Of a stretch of DNA of 64,000 nt, positions 11,595 through 22,075 are shown piece by piece. Source of the stretch: Naegleria gruberi. Lineage: Eukaryota. The position numbers and the translations under genes were made by a program. Under the pieces are notes generated by a model. It was not told where the DNA came from and ran no database searches. It was given only the letters and a program-made list of their open reading frames with translations. Each line of letters starts with the position of its first letter. The first letter of the stretch is position 1. Location of the stretch: NCBI GenBank assembly GCA_000004985.1, contig GG738867.1. One strand, written 5' to 3'.

Positions 11595-11854
11595 ATGTAT
11601 TGGAAAAGATAAACCTATTGACTTGGTAAAGTATCTGATTATTTCAAGTGAAGGAGATGGAATTATTGATATAAGATCTTTTACAAACATATTGAAGAAT
11701 ATGGGATTTGAATTTCCAACCAAGGTAGATTTGTTTGCTTACCTAGCTTTATTCACTCTTTACCCTGCAAGACTTGATGCGATTACACTGGGTGAATTGT
11801 GGCAATCATTGAGTTTTAGGATTCTTCGTTCCAATTAGTTTGAAATAAACTCCT

Positions 11855-13720
11855 TTAGTGCTTGTCTTCTTTGTGAAACATTGATAGATAGTCTTTGTAC
11901 CATGATCTATGTGGATACTTTTTTCTATTGTCTTCTACTTGTTTCTGATATGAATATTCATCGGTCAATTCATTTTCACCAATTGGTCTCGTTCCATTAG
12001 CTGTTTTTTCTTTCAAAACTTTCAAAATTGTTTCCTCCATACTGAGACATCTCTTTTTCCATGTTGGATTTGCGACTAACTTATCGAGCCAATCTGGTAA
12101 GTGAACATCAGAGTAAATAATGTGTCCAAACCTTGTTGAATTCTTACCAACTCTGTACATGAAATAGACAAAGAAAATATCAACCATCACTCTTTCTTTT
12201 GGAACTGGATGGAAGGCTAGTGGTGCAGTATGTCCCACATTAATATATCCTTCCAGAACTTCATCAAATACTGTGCTTTGAGTGTGTGGAAATTGTCGTT
12301 TCTTAAACGTTGGTCCAAGATTCAAACAAGTGGTACAATATCTGACCACCAGAGGATTGGTGAGTTTAGATTCGTCATCATCCTCATCTGCTGTAAAGTA
12401 AGCAAGAGCTGATTGTGAGGCCTTGGGGTTTCCAAGAGTTCCAGGCTCATGATAACCAAGTGTTTCAATGCCAGTAACTTCTGTTCCTTTGAGGTCGTAG
12501 GCCTGAACATGCTTAAATACTTTCCAAACATCTTCAACTGGATATGGTAACAAGGTAACAATTTTGAAGAGTTTCAAACCATTCTTTCTGCCACTATCGA
12601 ACACATAGGAAGTTTTCGAATGAAACATCTGAGCTTTTGATGAAGATTTGGAATTTTTCATAGCTTGCCAATCAGGAGAATCTTCTAACAAACTCAATCC
12701 AAAATAAATGTCTCTATCGTAAATATAATTCTTTGTCAAATCTTTAGGTTTGTATCGAATATCCACATTGAATCCTCTTGAAATATCAACTGCAATACGT
12801 CTTGTAAATGCTTCACCTTGTAAATTGAGAAATTCAAACAATTCTTTCGATCTGTTAAATCTTGGAAATTGATCAATCTTTAAATCCAAGTTGACTGAAA
12901 AGATAATCTTTTCGAATAACACATCAGGATTCAACATTTCAAACAAATCAGTAAGTGATTTCATAGTTGATTGACTCATTTCAGATTCAATACTCGATTC
13001 ACTCAACTCTGATTGTGACCTTTCTAATAGTTTAGTTTCCATAGTTTCACTTCCTTTCTTCCCTTGTTTCTCTTGTTTTTGAAGGTGACCTTGCATGAGT
13101 GGAACAATTTCTTGATCCCAAATCTGCACCACATTTGAACTTGGTAAATTCAACTCTCTCTCACTTCCTGGTCTAATATACAAATCAATCAATGCACCAA
13201 CCGAATCGAATAGAATTTTACATGCTTTCAAACTCACATCCTGTTGTGAACTACTATTACTAGTACTCGTTGTTGCCCTATACTTGGCATACTCTTTCGA
13301 ATACTTTCCATAATCATTCAGAAACAACATTGGCTCCTGTGTACATGCCTTCTTTAAGTAATTTGAGAAAACTTCTCTTGCCTCCAAATTTGCCATCAAT
13401 TCATCGTAGAGAGCCATGTAGTGGGTGGCATCGAATTTCTTCTTTTTCTTTTCCTTGTAGATGATTTCTCCCTTTTCATTCTTTTTATTGTGATGATCTG
13501 CTGTTGTTGTTGTTGTTGATGACGATGCATGTTGTGGTTGATGGTGTTGGTGGGAATGGCTATTCGAAAGTGATGTATTGTTATTGGAATCTTGTGCGGA
13601 GGTGTTAGCTGTACTATTCGTTGGTTCGTTAGTGATAGTTGTACTATTTATTGAAGAGGATTCAATTAGTATTGGTGATGAGCTGAGAGGTTGCATTTCG
13701 GATTGCGTGGACGAAATCAT
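11855..13720 (-). CDS. RGS-like domain protein with Ser/Thr/His/Gln low-complexity N-terminus (tentative)
   Basis: ATG ORF of 621 aa.
'REVFSNYLKKACTQEPMLFLNDYGKY' resembles the RGS helix motif (FxxFLxxExSxENLxFW).
The C-terminal half is of unknown fold. Confidence 0.4.
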   Translation of the reverse strand: MISSTQSEMQPLSSSPILIESSSINSTTITNEPTNSTANTSAQDSNNNTSLSNSHSHQHHQPQHASSSTTTTTADHHNKKNEKGEIIYKEKKKKKFDATHYMALYDELMANLEAREVFSNYLKKACTQEPMLFLNDYGKYSKEYAKYRATTSTSNSSSQQDVSLKACKILFDSVGALIDLYIRPGSERELNLPSSNVVQIWDQEIVPLMQGHLQKQEKQGKKGSETMETKLLERSQSELSESSIESEMSQSTMKSLTDLFEMLNPDVLFEKIIFSVNLDLKIDQFPRFNRSKELFEFLNLQGEAFTRRIAVDISRGFNVDIRYKPKDLTKNYIYDRDIYFGLSLLEDSPDWQAMKNSKSSSKAQMFHSKTSYVFDSGRKNGLKLFKIVTLLPYPVEDVWKVFKHVQAYDLKGTEVTGIETLGYHEPGTLGNPKASQSALAYFTADEDDDESKLTNPLVVRYCTTCLNLGPTFKKRQFPHTQSTVFDEVLEGYINVGHTAPLAFHPVPKERVMVDIFFVYFMYRVGKNSTRFGHIIYSDVHLPDWLDKLVANPTWKKRCLSMEETILKVLKEKTANGTRPIGENELTDEYSYQKQVEDNRKKYPHRSWYKDYLSMFHKEDKH

Positions 13721-13874
13721 GATGTTTATTTTTTTTTGATGTCTGTTTCTCCACGCAAGGAGTACGAGACGGTAAACATTCTTGCCTTATCGGGTGCCAT
13801 CCAATAATTTGAAATTCCATTTCATCAAAGTTCAATTACAATAAATTCTAGGTGTTTTTGATTAAGCAATGTAA

Positions 13875-13947
13875 GGGGATGTAGCTCACATGGTAGAGCG
13901 CTTCTTTAGCATGGAAGAGGTACGGGGATCGATACCCCGCATCTCCA
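13875..13947 (+). tRNA. tRNA-Ala (anticodon AGC)
   Basis: 73-nt cloverleaf GGGGATG/CATCTCC acceptor with the G3:U70 Ala identity pair.
Anticodon stem CTTCT/GGAAG, loop TTAGCAT.
T-arm CGGGG-ATCGATA-CCCCG. Confidence 0.85.
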
Positions 13948-13959
13948 AGACTGTTTTAT

Positions 13960-15603
13960 TTACATGTACAAATTTTGGTATTCATATTCCATCCTTAATG
14001 GAACAAGTTGTGCAATTATTTGACTATCAGGTAAGAAGAATCCATTTTGCTTCACAGCTTCAATTTCAATTTCATTAGAAACCATTCCAAAATTGCTGAT
14101 GCAATACTTCAAAACAAGTCCGTTCCATTTAACAGCCTGAAGAATGAAATTTTGGTCGTATTGTAGATTAGTGCATTTTATGGATTCAGGATCCAATAAA
14201 ATACATTCCAATATAAATTCCTTATCCATTTTCAGTGTATCAGATGATAATGCCAAATTAGAACTGGATTGTTTAACTGCTTCTCTCGTAATTTCCTTAT
14301 CATTTTTGAATTCTTCCAAAAGGAAGGGATATTGTGAAGCGTCTTTCTTGATCATCTTCAAAATAAGTTCCCTATCATTTGATATGAATGGTAAGTTGCT
14401 CAATAGACGATAGCATCGAGGAGAATGAACGACCAGAGAGGTAGCAATGGGTGGATCTTGTATCATACCATGAGGTAAATAGATATCTAGAGTTTCGAGA
14501 GCTGATGGTGACATGCACTCAATACATCCCAATATAAAATCCTTATCATTGATTAATGATTCATCAACAAATTTCATTGAAGAGGATGATGAACAAACTG
14601 CCATAACCTTTAGCATGAGGTCTTTGTTTTTTCTCAATGTATGAGGAAGTTCGTTAAGGGCACAACAATTATGCCTTGCATAGTCAACCACTATATCCAG
14701 ATAATTTTTTTGGTAATTGTAGTTTCCAATAGATTTCGCCTGATTCAGAAACTCTTCATCCTTCAATAATTTTCCAGAAACATAATTCAAAGTTTCAATA
14801 TCTATCTTGACTGCCTCCATGACAATCTGCTTGTCTCTTCTAAATTCTTTTCCAGTAAAAAGCAGCACATGAGGATTAGTATGGATTAAGTGTAATATAA
14901 ACTCCTTTTCATTCTTCAACTGTTCATCGGCATAGAAAAAGGCAATTTCTGACACTTCTTTGACAGCTCTCTCAATAAGCTCCTTATTTTCTCTGTTTTT
15001 TGACAATTGAAAAACAGTATGAAATCCATGTATTTCCTCCCTCAAACAAGTTATGCATGCATCAATGTCTGTTTTCAGCTCATCATTCACTAATGTATTA
15101 TTTGAATAATTTCCTTCAATTGCCTTTTCCTCATAAACTATTACACCATTATTGTCATTGCAATATTCATCATCGTATTCTTGAGATTCCTTCCAACTCT
15201 CATAAGGCATATAAATAAAAGGAATATCGCAGTAATTGGCATAGTCAAGTAAATTAGAATTCTCCTCTATTATTTTCAATATAAAATCCCAATCTGTTTT
15301 CAACTCCATAGACATGTGATTTAAGGCATCGAAACAATCATCATTCTTCACAATAACATCTGTGATGAACTGTTTATCGGAACGTATTTCAATAGAGGCA
15401 TATTCAAAGGTATCGGGATAGGCTTCAATGTTTCTCTTCACATACTCTCTATCATTGCTAAATTCTATCGGAATGTAAACACTGTGTAATGTTAATCGAT
15501 TATTAAACCATTTAACCGTTGAATGAGAGGTTGAGTGAAATTTATAGCTGAGAAGTGATGAATTTGCCGATAAATCTAAAGTGATAATAACTTGTGACGA
15601 CAT
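13960..15603 (-). CDS. DUF4116-like repeat protein
   Basis: Repeated ~25-30-aa modules 'NDKEFILKCIE', 'NDRELILKMIKKDASQYPFL', 'KNDKEITREAVKQSSSNLALS', 'QNFILQAVKWNGLVLKYC', 'EIEIEAVKQNGFFL'.
The first ATG is at 15603; the track start is an alternative start codon. Confidence 0.55.
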   Translation of the reverse strand: MSSQVIITLDLSANSSLLSYKFHSTSHSTVKWFNNRLTLHSVYIPIEFSNDREYVKRNIEAYPDTFEYASIEIRSDKQFITDVIVKNDDCFDALNHMSMELKTDWDFILKIIEENSNLLDYANYCDIPFIYMPYESWKESQEYDDEYCNDNNGVIVYEEKAIEGNYSNNTLVNDELKTDIDACITCLREEIHGFHTVFQLSKNRENKELIERAVKEVSEIAFFYADEQLKNEKEFILHLIHTNPHVLLFTGKEFRRDKQIVMEAVKIDIETLNYVSGKLLKDEEFLNQAKSIGNYNYQKNYLDIVVDYARHNCCALNELPHTLRKNKDLMLKVMAVCSSSSSMKFVDESLINDKDFILGCIECMSPSALETLDIYLPHGMIQDPPIATSLVVHSPRCYRLLSNLPFISNDRELILKMIKKDASQYPFLLEEFKNDKEITREAVKQSSSNLALSSDTLKMDKEFILECILLDPESIKCTNLQYDQNFILQAVKWNGLVLKYCISNFGMVSNEIEIEAVKQNGFFLPDSQIIAQLVPLRMEYEYQNLYM

Positions 15604-15694
15604 TTTTTTCCTGATTATGAACTTTAAACTTTGCAAAACATTAGGAACTTAATAGCATTTGAAACATCAATTTAGAAAATTCAGTTACAAAAAA

Positions 15695-17275
15695 ATGACT
15701 TTACTTCAAGACCTTGACAAGGATTCATGGTTGATCATTATGCAATTCTTGAGTTTGGATGATTTATTAAAAAACAAAGATGGCAAACTATTCAGTATTT
15801 CCTCAAGTGTTTTTTTCACACTCATCGGATGTGATATTAAACAATTCACTTGCTCCGATAATTATCATATTCATGATGACTGTTTATTTTACCGAATATT
15901 AAATGAAAAATTAATTGTAAAACAATTAGAAAATACCATTCATAGAATAACTGGTAGAGAAATGGTAATGCAAATGATTGGAGATTTTGATGAAGAAACA
16001 CATTCACATACACCACTAACGAGAGGCAGTGGAAGAGGAAGAATTAGAAAACAGTTTTTCACAAGAAGTCGTGTAAATATTGAGCCATGTGGAGTTTCAA
16101 TGAGTGAATTGAGAGGTGAATTGAAAAAATTGATTCTGATATTATTCACACAATTTCCACATATTTATCAAGAAAAGAAATTACAAATTGATAATGCATT
16201 GAGAAGATCAATCAAGATTTGTACTCCAGTTAAACCTGCAACCTCCGACGATTTTATTTATTTCGAAAATGCAGAAGCTTTTTCAAACAAACCACCATTT
16301 TGGAGCAGTGAAAAGAGAGAGGAATCAATTAATATAGAACTGAAGAAGCCAAAAGTGAAACTTATCCAATGGAGAACTCAGTGGCATCATTCGTATAGAA
16401 ATTATCTTCTCCATGAATTGGAGTATCATGTAACATATTTACAAACACTTTACAAACAGATGGATTCTAGAATTGATTTTAAATTGAACCCAACCAAATA
16501 TGCAAATGTTTTAGATTCAGTTTATGATTTACTTTCACAACTAAATGAAGAATTTCAAGTTAAATTCCTCACAGAGAGAAACTTTTTCATTCCACAAAAG
16601 AAAAAAAGATTTGGAAAGATTAGAACAGTTTTAGAGATAGACAGATCTAAATTGAAACCTATAGATTTCATATCAAATTCAACAATTGCATTGATTAGAA
16701 TCCATAGCTTGTACGATTACAAATATGAAACAAATCCAAATTCCACAAATTTAATATTGAACCAAATTGATAGAAATATGAAAATGTATTCTAAATATTT
16801 CAATGACAATTTGATTAGAGAGATTACACCTGGAAAGACAATTTATAATTACTTATTGAACTTGGGACTTGATTTGGTTGAGAAATATATCACACCAAAT
16901 ATATTCGAATTAATTGGAAAATCGTCTGAACCATTGCAATCATCATTTGTTGTTTCTCTAATAAGATCCAACCATTTCACCCGCTTTGAATTATTGAATT
17001 CATTTTCACTTTCTTTGTATCCGAGCATGTACAAATCATTTGCCGAAATTCTGTTTACTCTTCCAACAATTCTGGATTTTAATGCCCATACAAGTAATTT
17101 TCCCTTCCAGCAATGGTTAGAATTCTTCATTAATTATTTTGGAAAAAATGAATTTATGAAGGCAACTACATCTTTTAGAGAATGCTCCTTCTACATTGCT
17201 CGTCTTCCAGAACGTCATGCAAACTTGGTACACAATTTATTAGGAAAAGAAATTACTGAACTTATAAACAAGTAG
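15695..17275 (+). CDS. F-box-like protein
   Basis: ATG at 15695.
N-terminal 'LLQDLDKDSWLIIMQFLSLDDLLK' F-box-like.
The remainder has no known motifs. Confidence 0.5.
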   Translation: MTLLQDLDKDSWLIIMQFLSLDDLLKNKDGKLFSISSSVFFTLIGCDIKQFTCSDNYHIHDDCLFYRILNEKLIVKQLENTIHRITGREMVMQMIGDFDEETHSHTPLTRGSGRGRIRKQFFTRSRVNIEPCGVSMSELRGELKKLILILFTQFPHIYQEKKLQIDNALRRSIKICTPVKPATSDDFIYFENAEAFSNKPPFWSSEKREESINIELKKPKVKLIQWRTQWHHSYRNYLLHELEYHVTYLQTLYKQMDSRIDFKLNPTKYANVLDSVYDLLSQLNEEFQVKFLTERNFFIPQKKKRFGKIRTVLEIDRSKLKPIDFISNSTIALIRIHSLYDYKYETNPNSTNLILNQIDRNMKMYSKYFNDNLIREITPGKTIYNYLLNLGLDLVEKYITPNIFELIGKSSEPLQSSFVVSLIRSNHFTRFELLNSFSLSLYPSMYKSFAEILFTLPTILDFNAHTSNFPFQQWLEFFINYFGKNEFMKATTSFRECSFYIARLPERHANLVHNLLGKEITELINK

Positions 17276-17311
17276 TAATAATATTATTTGATCAAGAAAT
17301 TAATATTGAAC

Positions 17312-20300
17312 ATATATTGGAGTATTAATTACTGGAGAGGATTGAACACTTTGAGTATTAATGTTTTGAGAAGTTGAAAAAATTGTTGATTTCTTTGGTT
17401 TGGCTGATGTGTGCTTTTTTGGTTGCTTTGATACTGGTTTTACAGTTGAAGTTGGAACGCAACGATGGACTGGCTTAGTTCCTCTTGGCTTTGGAGTTCT
17501 AACAGAGAGTAAATCAGAAGTTACTACATGTTTAACTGTTGGCTTTGGAGTTAAAGCAGGTATAACAGTTGGTTTTACAGAAACTGACTCAGATGGCTTT
17601 GTTGGATTGGTGGTAAGAACATTTTGGGAAGGTCTATTTCTTGGTCCATTGACTGGTTCTGAAATTGATTCAACTGTTGGCTTGATATATGAAATAACTG
17701 GTTTAACTGTTGACTTCGGAACTGTTGGAGTTGCTGTTGGCTTTGGAACTGAGCTACTATTTGGTTTTGGGTTTTACGCTAACTGGTTTAGTTGGTGTTG
17801 AATCAGGTTTAATTGAGTCAATGGTTTGCCCTCTGTTGGTTTAGAAACAGATTTAGGAGTCTTGATATCTGGAATAACTGGCTTATTGGTTGGTTTACCT
17901 GTTGGCTTTGAGGTTGCAGGTTTAATTGTTGGTTTTACAGAAGCTGACACAGATGGCTTGGTAACTACTGGTTTAACTTCAACAGGCTTTGGAGATTGGT
18001 TTAACTGTTGGCTTAACAACTACTGGTTTGACTGTTCCTCTTGGCTTTACATCTGTTTGTTTGATTGGATTTGCAGAGGAAACTGATGATACTGGCTTTG
18101 GGGTTGATACTGGTTTAACTTCAACAGGCTTTGGCTTTGAGATTGGCTTGACTGATGTGGGAGTGGAATCAGGTTTAGTTGTTGGCTTAACTGGTTTAGT
18201 TGACACAGGGTTGGTTGGGGCAGTTGTTGGTTTAGTAGAAGTTGGTTTTACAAAGCCATAAGATTTTGTTGGCTTTGTAACAAGTGTGAAATCTGCTGGG
18301 TTAGCCGATACACCATCTGTTGGTTTGACTGTTGGCTTAATAGATACTGGTTTCGTTGGTTTCATTGTTGGCTTAGTACCTGGTTTTTCAACTACAGTTG
18401 GTCTTTCACTATTGAGTAATTGAGTTGGCTTGTGTGCCGTTGGTTTTGGTGTTGGAACTGAGCTACTATTTGGTCTAGTAACAATTACTGGTTTAACTGG
18501 TTTTGGAGTTGCAGAATGTCTAACAGAGAGCAAATCAGAAGGCTTACTTGTTGGTTTAACTGTTGGCTTTGGAACTGTTGGAGTTGCTACAGGGTTAACT
18601 GTTGGTTTTACAGAAACTAACTCAGATAGCTTGGTAACAACTACTGGTTTAACTTCAACAGGTTTGGAGATTGGTTTAACTGTTGGCTTAACAACTGGTT
18701 TGACTGTTCCTCTTGGCTTTACAATGGAAACTGATGATACTGGTTTTGGAGTGGAAGCTGGTGGTTTTCCAACAGTTGGTTTAGTTGGTTTTACGCTAAC
18801 TGGTTTAGTTGGTGTTGAATCAGGTTTAATTGAAGTCAACTCTGTTGGTTTAGAAACAGATTTAGGAGTCTTGATATCTGGAATAACTGGCTTAACTCCG
18901 TTATTGGTTGGTTTAACTGTTGGCTTTGGTGTTGCAGGTTTAATTGTTGGTTTTACAGAAACTGACTCAGATGGCTTGGTAATAACTACTGGTTTGACTT
19001 CAACAGGCTTTGAGATTGGTTTAACTGTTGGCTTTGGAGTTGATACTTGTTTAACCTCAACAGGTTTTGGGCTAGAGGTGAAAGTAGCAACACTGACCGG
19101 TTTAGTTGTTGGCTTAACCGGTACAGGTTTTGTTAGTACTGGAGAAGGCTTTACATCTGGAACTACTGTTGGTGATTTAACTGGGTTTGATGGTTTAACT
19201 GTTGGTGTTGGAACAGGTTTAACAGAAACTGACCTGACAGTGAATGAGTTTGGTTTTGTAGTTGGTGATGAATTTGCTTTTGGTGGTTCAATCTTAACAA
19301 TGGCCTTATTATCAATAATTTTATCCAATGTAGATAGTAACTTATTGGTTGATAAGGTGTTCAAAGCACTGGCAACCTTCTTTTCACTTGCAGGTGTAAC
19401 ATCTTGCTTCTTTGCTTCTTGAACAGCGGCTTTAGAAACAATTTTAACTAAATCCTTCTTATCCATTTGTGAAATGGCTTCCTTGGCAACTTCCTTACTT
19501 GACACCTTTTCCATTTTCTGCAATTTAAGCATACTCTTGGCAAAACTTGAAGCATTATCTGGATTGATCAACGCATCCACGTAACATGACTTGAAATCGT
19601 TTGGATGATCCTTTTCAGAGATACCTGCCTTAGCACACGCTTTGCGAGCTTGTTCTTTTTCCTTTGAAGTTGCTTCTTTAAGTTCAGCATTAACACTTGA
19701 TGATTTGATCAAGGCAACCCTCTTCATTGGTTTGGCAAAGTAACTTTCCTTTGGAACACCCATGGTGGAGCTTACACAATAACCATAGTTGATATCAAGA
19801 GTTGCAGGAGCTTCAAAGGAAATATCGATATAATTACCTTGTTTGTAAACACTCCAACCATTCATATTAATAATTGCTCCAGAACTACTCTTAATTACAA
19901 TATTTGGACCAAATTTAAGAACATTATATGTAACTGAGGCACCCTTAGAAGTCAATGAAATTGTTTTTCCAGAAGGGATAGTTTGTTTTACACCATTAAT
20001 AAGAAAATATTGACCGTTAGCATGATATTCCAAAACTGATTCTTCATCGAGTGTCATTGCAATAGCAATATTACCAGAAACATGTCTTAATTTACCGGTA
20101 CGAGCTTGAGCCATGATGGACTTGTCAGCTGCTTCAGCCAAAACATATTCACCAATTGAATAGTAATCAAATGTTTTGCCTGTAAAAGTTCTCAAGTGAG
20201 GATCTCCTGTTGAATGACATTTCTATACCAATTCAAATAGTTTGATAATAATACATGTAATTGGGTGCCAACAACAAGAACACACATGAAAGATGATATA

Positions 20301-20492
20301 ACATGCAGATATAAACAATCTTCAATATTTCATAATACCTACATTAACAACAGCCCTAATGATGGCATTGGCATTGATAACAGCAGTAGGCTTGCTACGG
20401 CGACGAGCTTCAACCTCTGATGTAAGCATCATACTGAGCAATAGAAGCAACAGCAAGGATGCAACCATCAATTGAGAGTACTGTCTCTTCAT
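17312..20492 (-). CDS. secreted von Willebrand factor D (VWD)-domain mucin-like protein with Pro/Thr/Lys/Val-rich tandem repeats; 2 exons plus frame breaks inside the repeat array
   Basis: Exon 1 (20343..20492) encodes a signal peptide 'MKRQYSQLMVASLLLLLLLSMMLTSEVEA'.
A GTAGGT…TATAG intron (20223..20342, 120 nt) joins in frame to 'KCHSTGDPHLRTFTGKTFDYYSIGEY…', a VWD signature (GDPHxxTFDG).
A long PT/K-rich repeat region follows (…VKPTVKPISKPVEVKPVV…); the coding frame switches twice near 17979-18019 and near 17774.
The stop is at about 17312.
The + strand ORFs over 17400-19422 are antisense artefacts. Confidence 0.6.
17400..19300. repeat. tandem array of ~340-bp units (higher-order ~1-kb periodicity) encoding the PT-rich mucin repeats
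   Basis: Near-identical blocks, e.g. 'ttacgctaactggtttagttggtgttgaatcaggtttaattga' at 17774 and 18791.
'tggttttacagaa(a/g)ctga(c)(t/a)cagatggcttggta' recurs at about 17573, 17933, 18604 and 18951. Confidence 0.7.
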
Positions 20493-20793
20493 CGTTATTT
20501 TTTTAATAGATGAATTAAAGCGAAGCTGTAGTAACTCGCTAAATTTCAGCGCATGTGGAGCTATCTTATCCAGTACGCAAGGATTGTATTGTACGTGCAT
20601 TACCATTCTAATAAGACACAATGCTGTTCACAATACGACACTGTTTAAGGATTTTACAGCAAGATATTCCACAACAATTTTCCTTCCCTTAAACATTGAT
20701 AAAAATTGCTGAAAGTTCAGTTTGAATTTATAAGACATCATAAAATACACAAAAACAAGATCTTGTTGAAAATCTTAAAATCAAAAGTTCAGA

Positions 20794-20874
20794 CGCAGAC
20801 TGCAGGATTCGAACCTACGAAGGTTTCCCCAACAGATTTCAAGTCTGTCGCCTTAACCACTCGGCCAAGTCTGC
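20794..20874 (-). tRNA. tRNA-Ser (anticodon UGA), type II with long variable arm
   Basis: Reverse complement reads GCAGACTTGGCCGAGTGGTTAAGGCGACAGACTTGAAATCTGTTGGGGAAACCTTCGTAGGTTCGAATCCTGCAGTCTGCG.
Acceptor GCAGACT/AGTCTGC.
Anticodon stem ACAGA/TCTGT with loop CTTGAAA.
T-loop TTCGAAT. Confidence 0.85.
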
Positions 20875-22075
20875 TACGATTATTACAAAATCAATAGTTT
20901 CTAGCTCGGTATCTCAAATTGCTCTGTTCCACCTAGGTTCAACAAGTTTACTATATAATCTATATAATCGTGTGCACCTTTCATTTTGCTACCAATCCAA
21001 AGATGGATGCAGGCAATCAAAGCAGACTATTCCACCATTCTTTGAAAACAGCAAAATTCAAAATCTAAAGAATCTTCCTTAATTAATAAATACAATAAAT
21101 TATTAAAACAAGATGTTGTATAGCTTCTACACTTTGAAAGAAGAAGATCCAATAAGTAAGAATTGTTATATTGTTCTTAAAGAAGGCGTATTAACATTGC
21201 TACTGGTTCAACCTTGCTAAAACCACAATATATTAATATTTTCCAAGGCACTTCCGAGTTTACTAATACATCACTCATATCCAGTTATTTCCAAACAGTT
21301 CTTGTCCAGGGATTTTACGTTGTTATTGATCGTCACTGTGAAACACGTAATTGCTGATTGCGATCTGCCCTTTTCTACCCGTTTTCTTGCTTGCGAAAGA
21401 GTTTGAGAAAACAATTTTTGAACTCTGAAAGCACTTCAGAGCAATACTTAATAGAAATATTCAAAATACGATAACTAATTGTAATGAGAGTTTCAGAAAT
21501 TGAAAATCCGAAACAATACAAAGATAAAGAAGAATAACTCACTTTCTGAATCAAATCAAGTGCCAAGCTTGATATCCAAAATAATCCATTTTGTTAAGTT
21601 TGACCTTCTTGGCAAAGATCAATAAACCAGCTACTACCTCCAAGCATGATTACAAGAACTCTACACTAATAATAGCTTATAATCATCTACAGTTGTTCTT
21701 CCATCTCAGATACTTGGTTCTAAAACAACATGACATGAAATTCTCATCAACTACAGTCTGTCATCTTTGTAATCAATAGCAACAGTTCATTTTATCTTCC
21801 ACGTTTAGAACCACCATGCCATTTAACGAAAATACGAAACAGTTTTTTATTCCTTTCAGTAATGGCCTTATTTTGATTGTTATCCAAGCTTGATAGGTTG
21901 TTGCCAAAAACGCTTCGGTTATTAACATCCAAAATCTCACAGAACCTCCCAAATGGCAAAAGTTACCTCTACATGGATGTTTTCAACTTCACATTTTACC
22001 GTCAATCAAAGATATTTCACACTCGCTCATCCACTACGAGGTCACAAAAATTTATCAGAAAAAACAAAAACAAAT

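Noticed and set aside
11623-11838. 71-aa ORF with an EF-hand-like 'SSEGDGIIDIRSF' stretch downstream of the 10890-11594 gene
   Set aside because: The loop lacks the terminal Glu and flanking helices. No splice junction linking it to the upstream gene could be found.
17400-19422. Plus-strand ORFs 17400-17801, 17826-18086, 17989-18261 and 18430-19422 encoding G/L/T/V-rich peptides
   Set aside because: They are the antisense reading of the PT/K-rich mucin repeats on the minus strand (P=CCN and T=ACN give G/V on the opposite strand). The minus-strand frame carries a signal peptide and VWD domain, so the plus-strand ORFs are artefacts.
20216-20342. Assigning the window to a parabasalid (Trichomonas-like) genome on the basis of actin residues ([21 protein letters not shown]) and DUF4116 repeats
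   Set aside because: The introns found here are numerous, 40-120 nt, and lack the parabasalid-specific ACTAAC…ACAG 3' motif. Trichomonads have very few introns. Gene content (filamin, VWD, ASPM, animal heme peroxidase) points elsewhere, so taxon left unassigned.
21113-21220. 35-aa ORF 'MLYSFYTLKEEDPISKNCYIVLKEGVLTLLLVQPC' with an internal GTAAGA
   Set aside because: Too short and lacking motif support. The candidate intron would be only 27 nt, below the about 40-nt class seen elsewhere.
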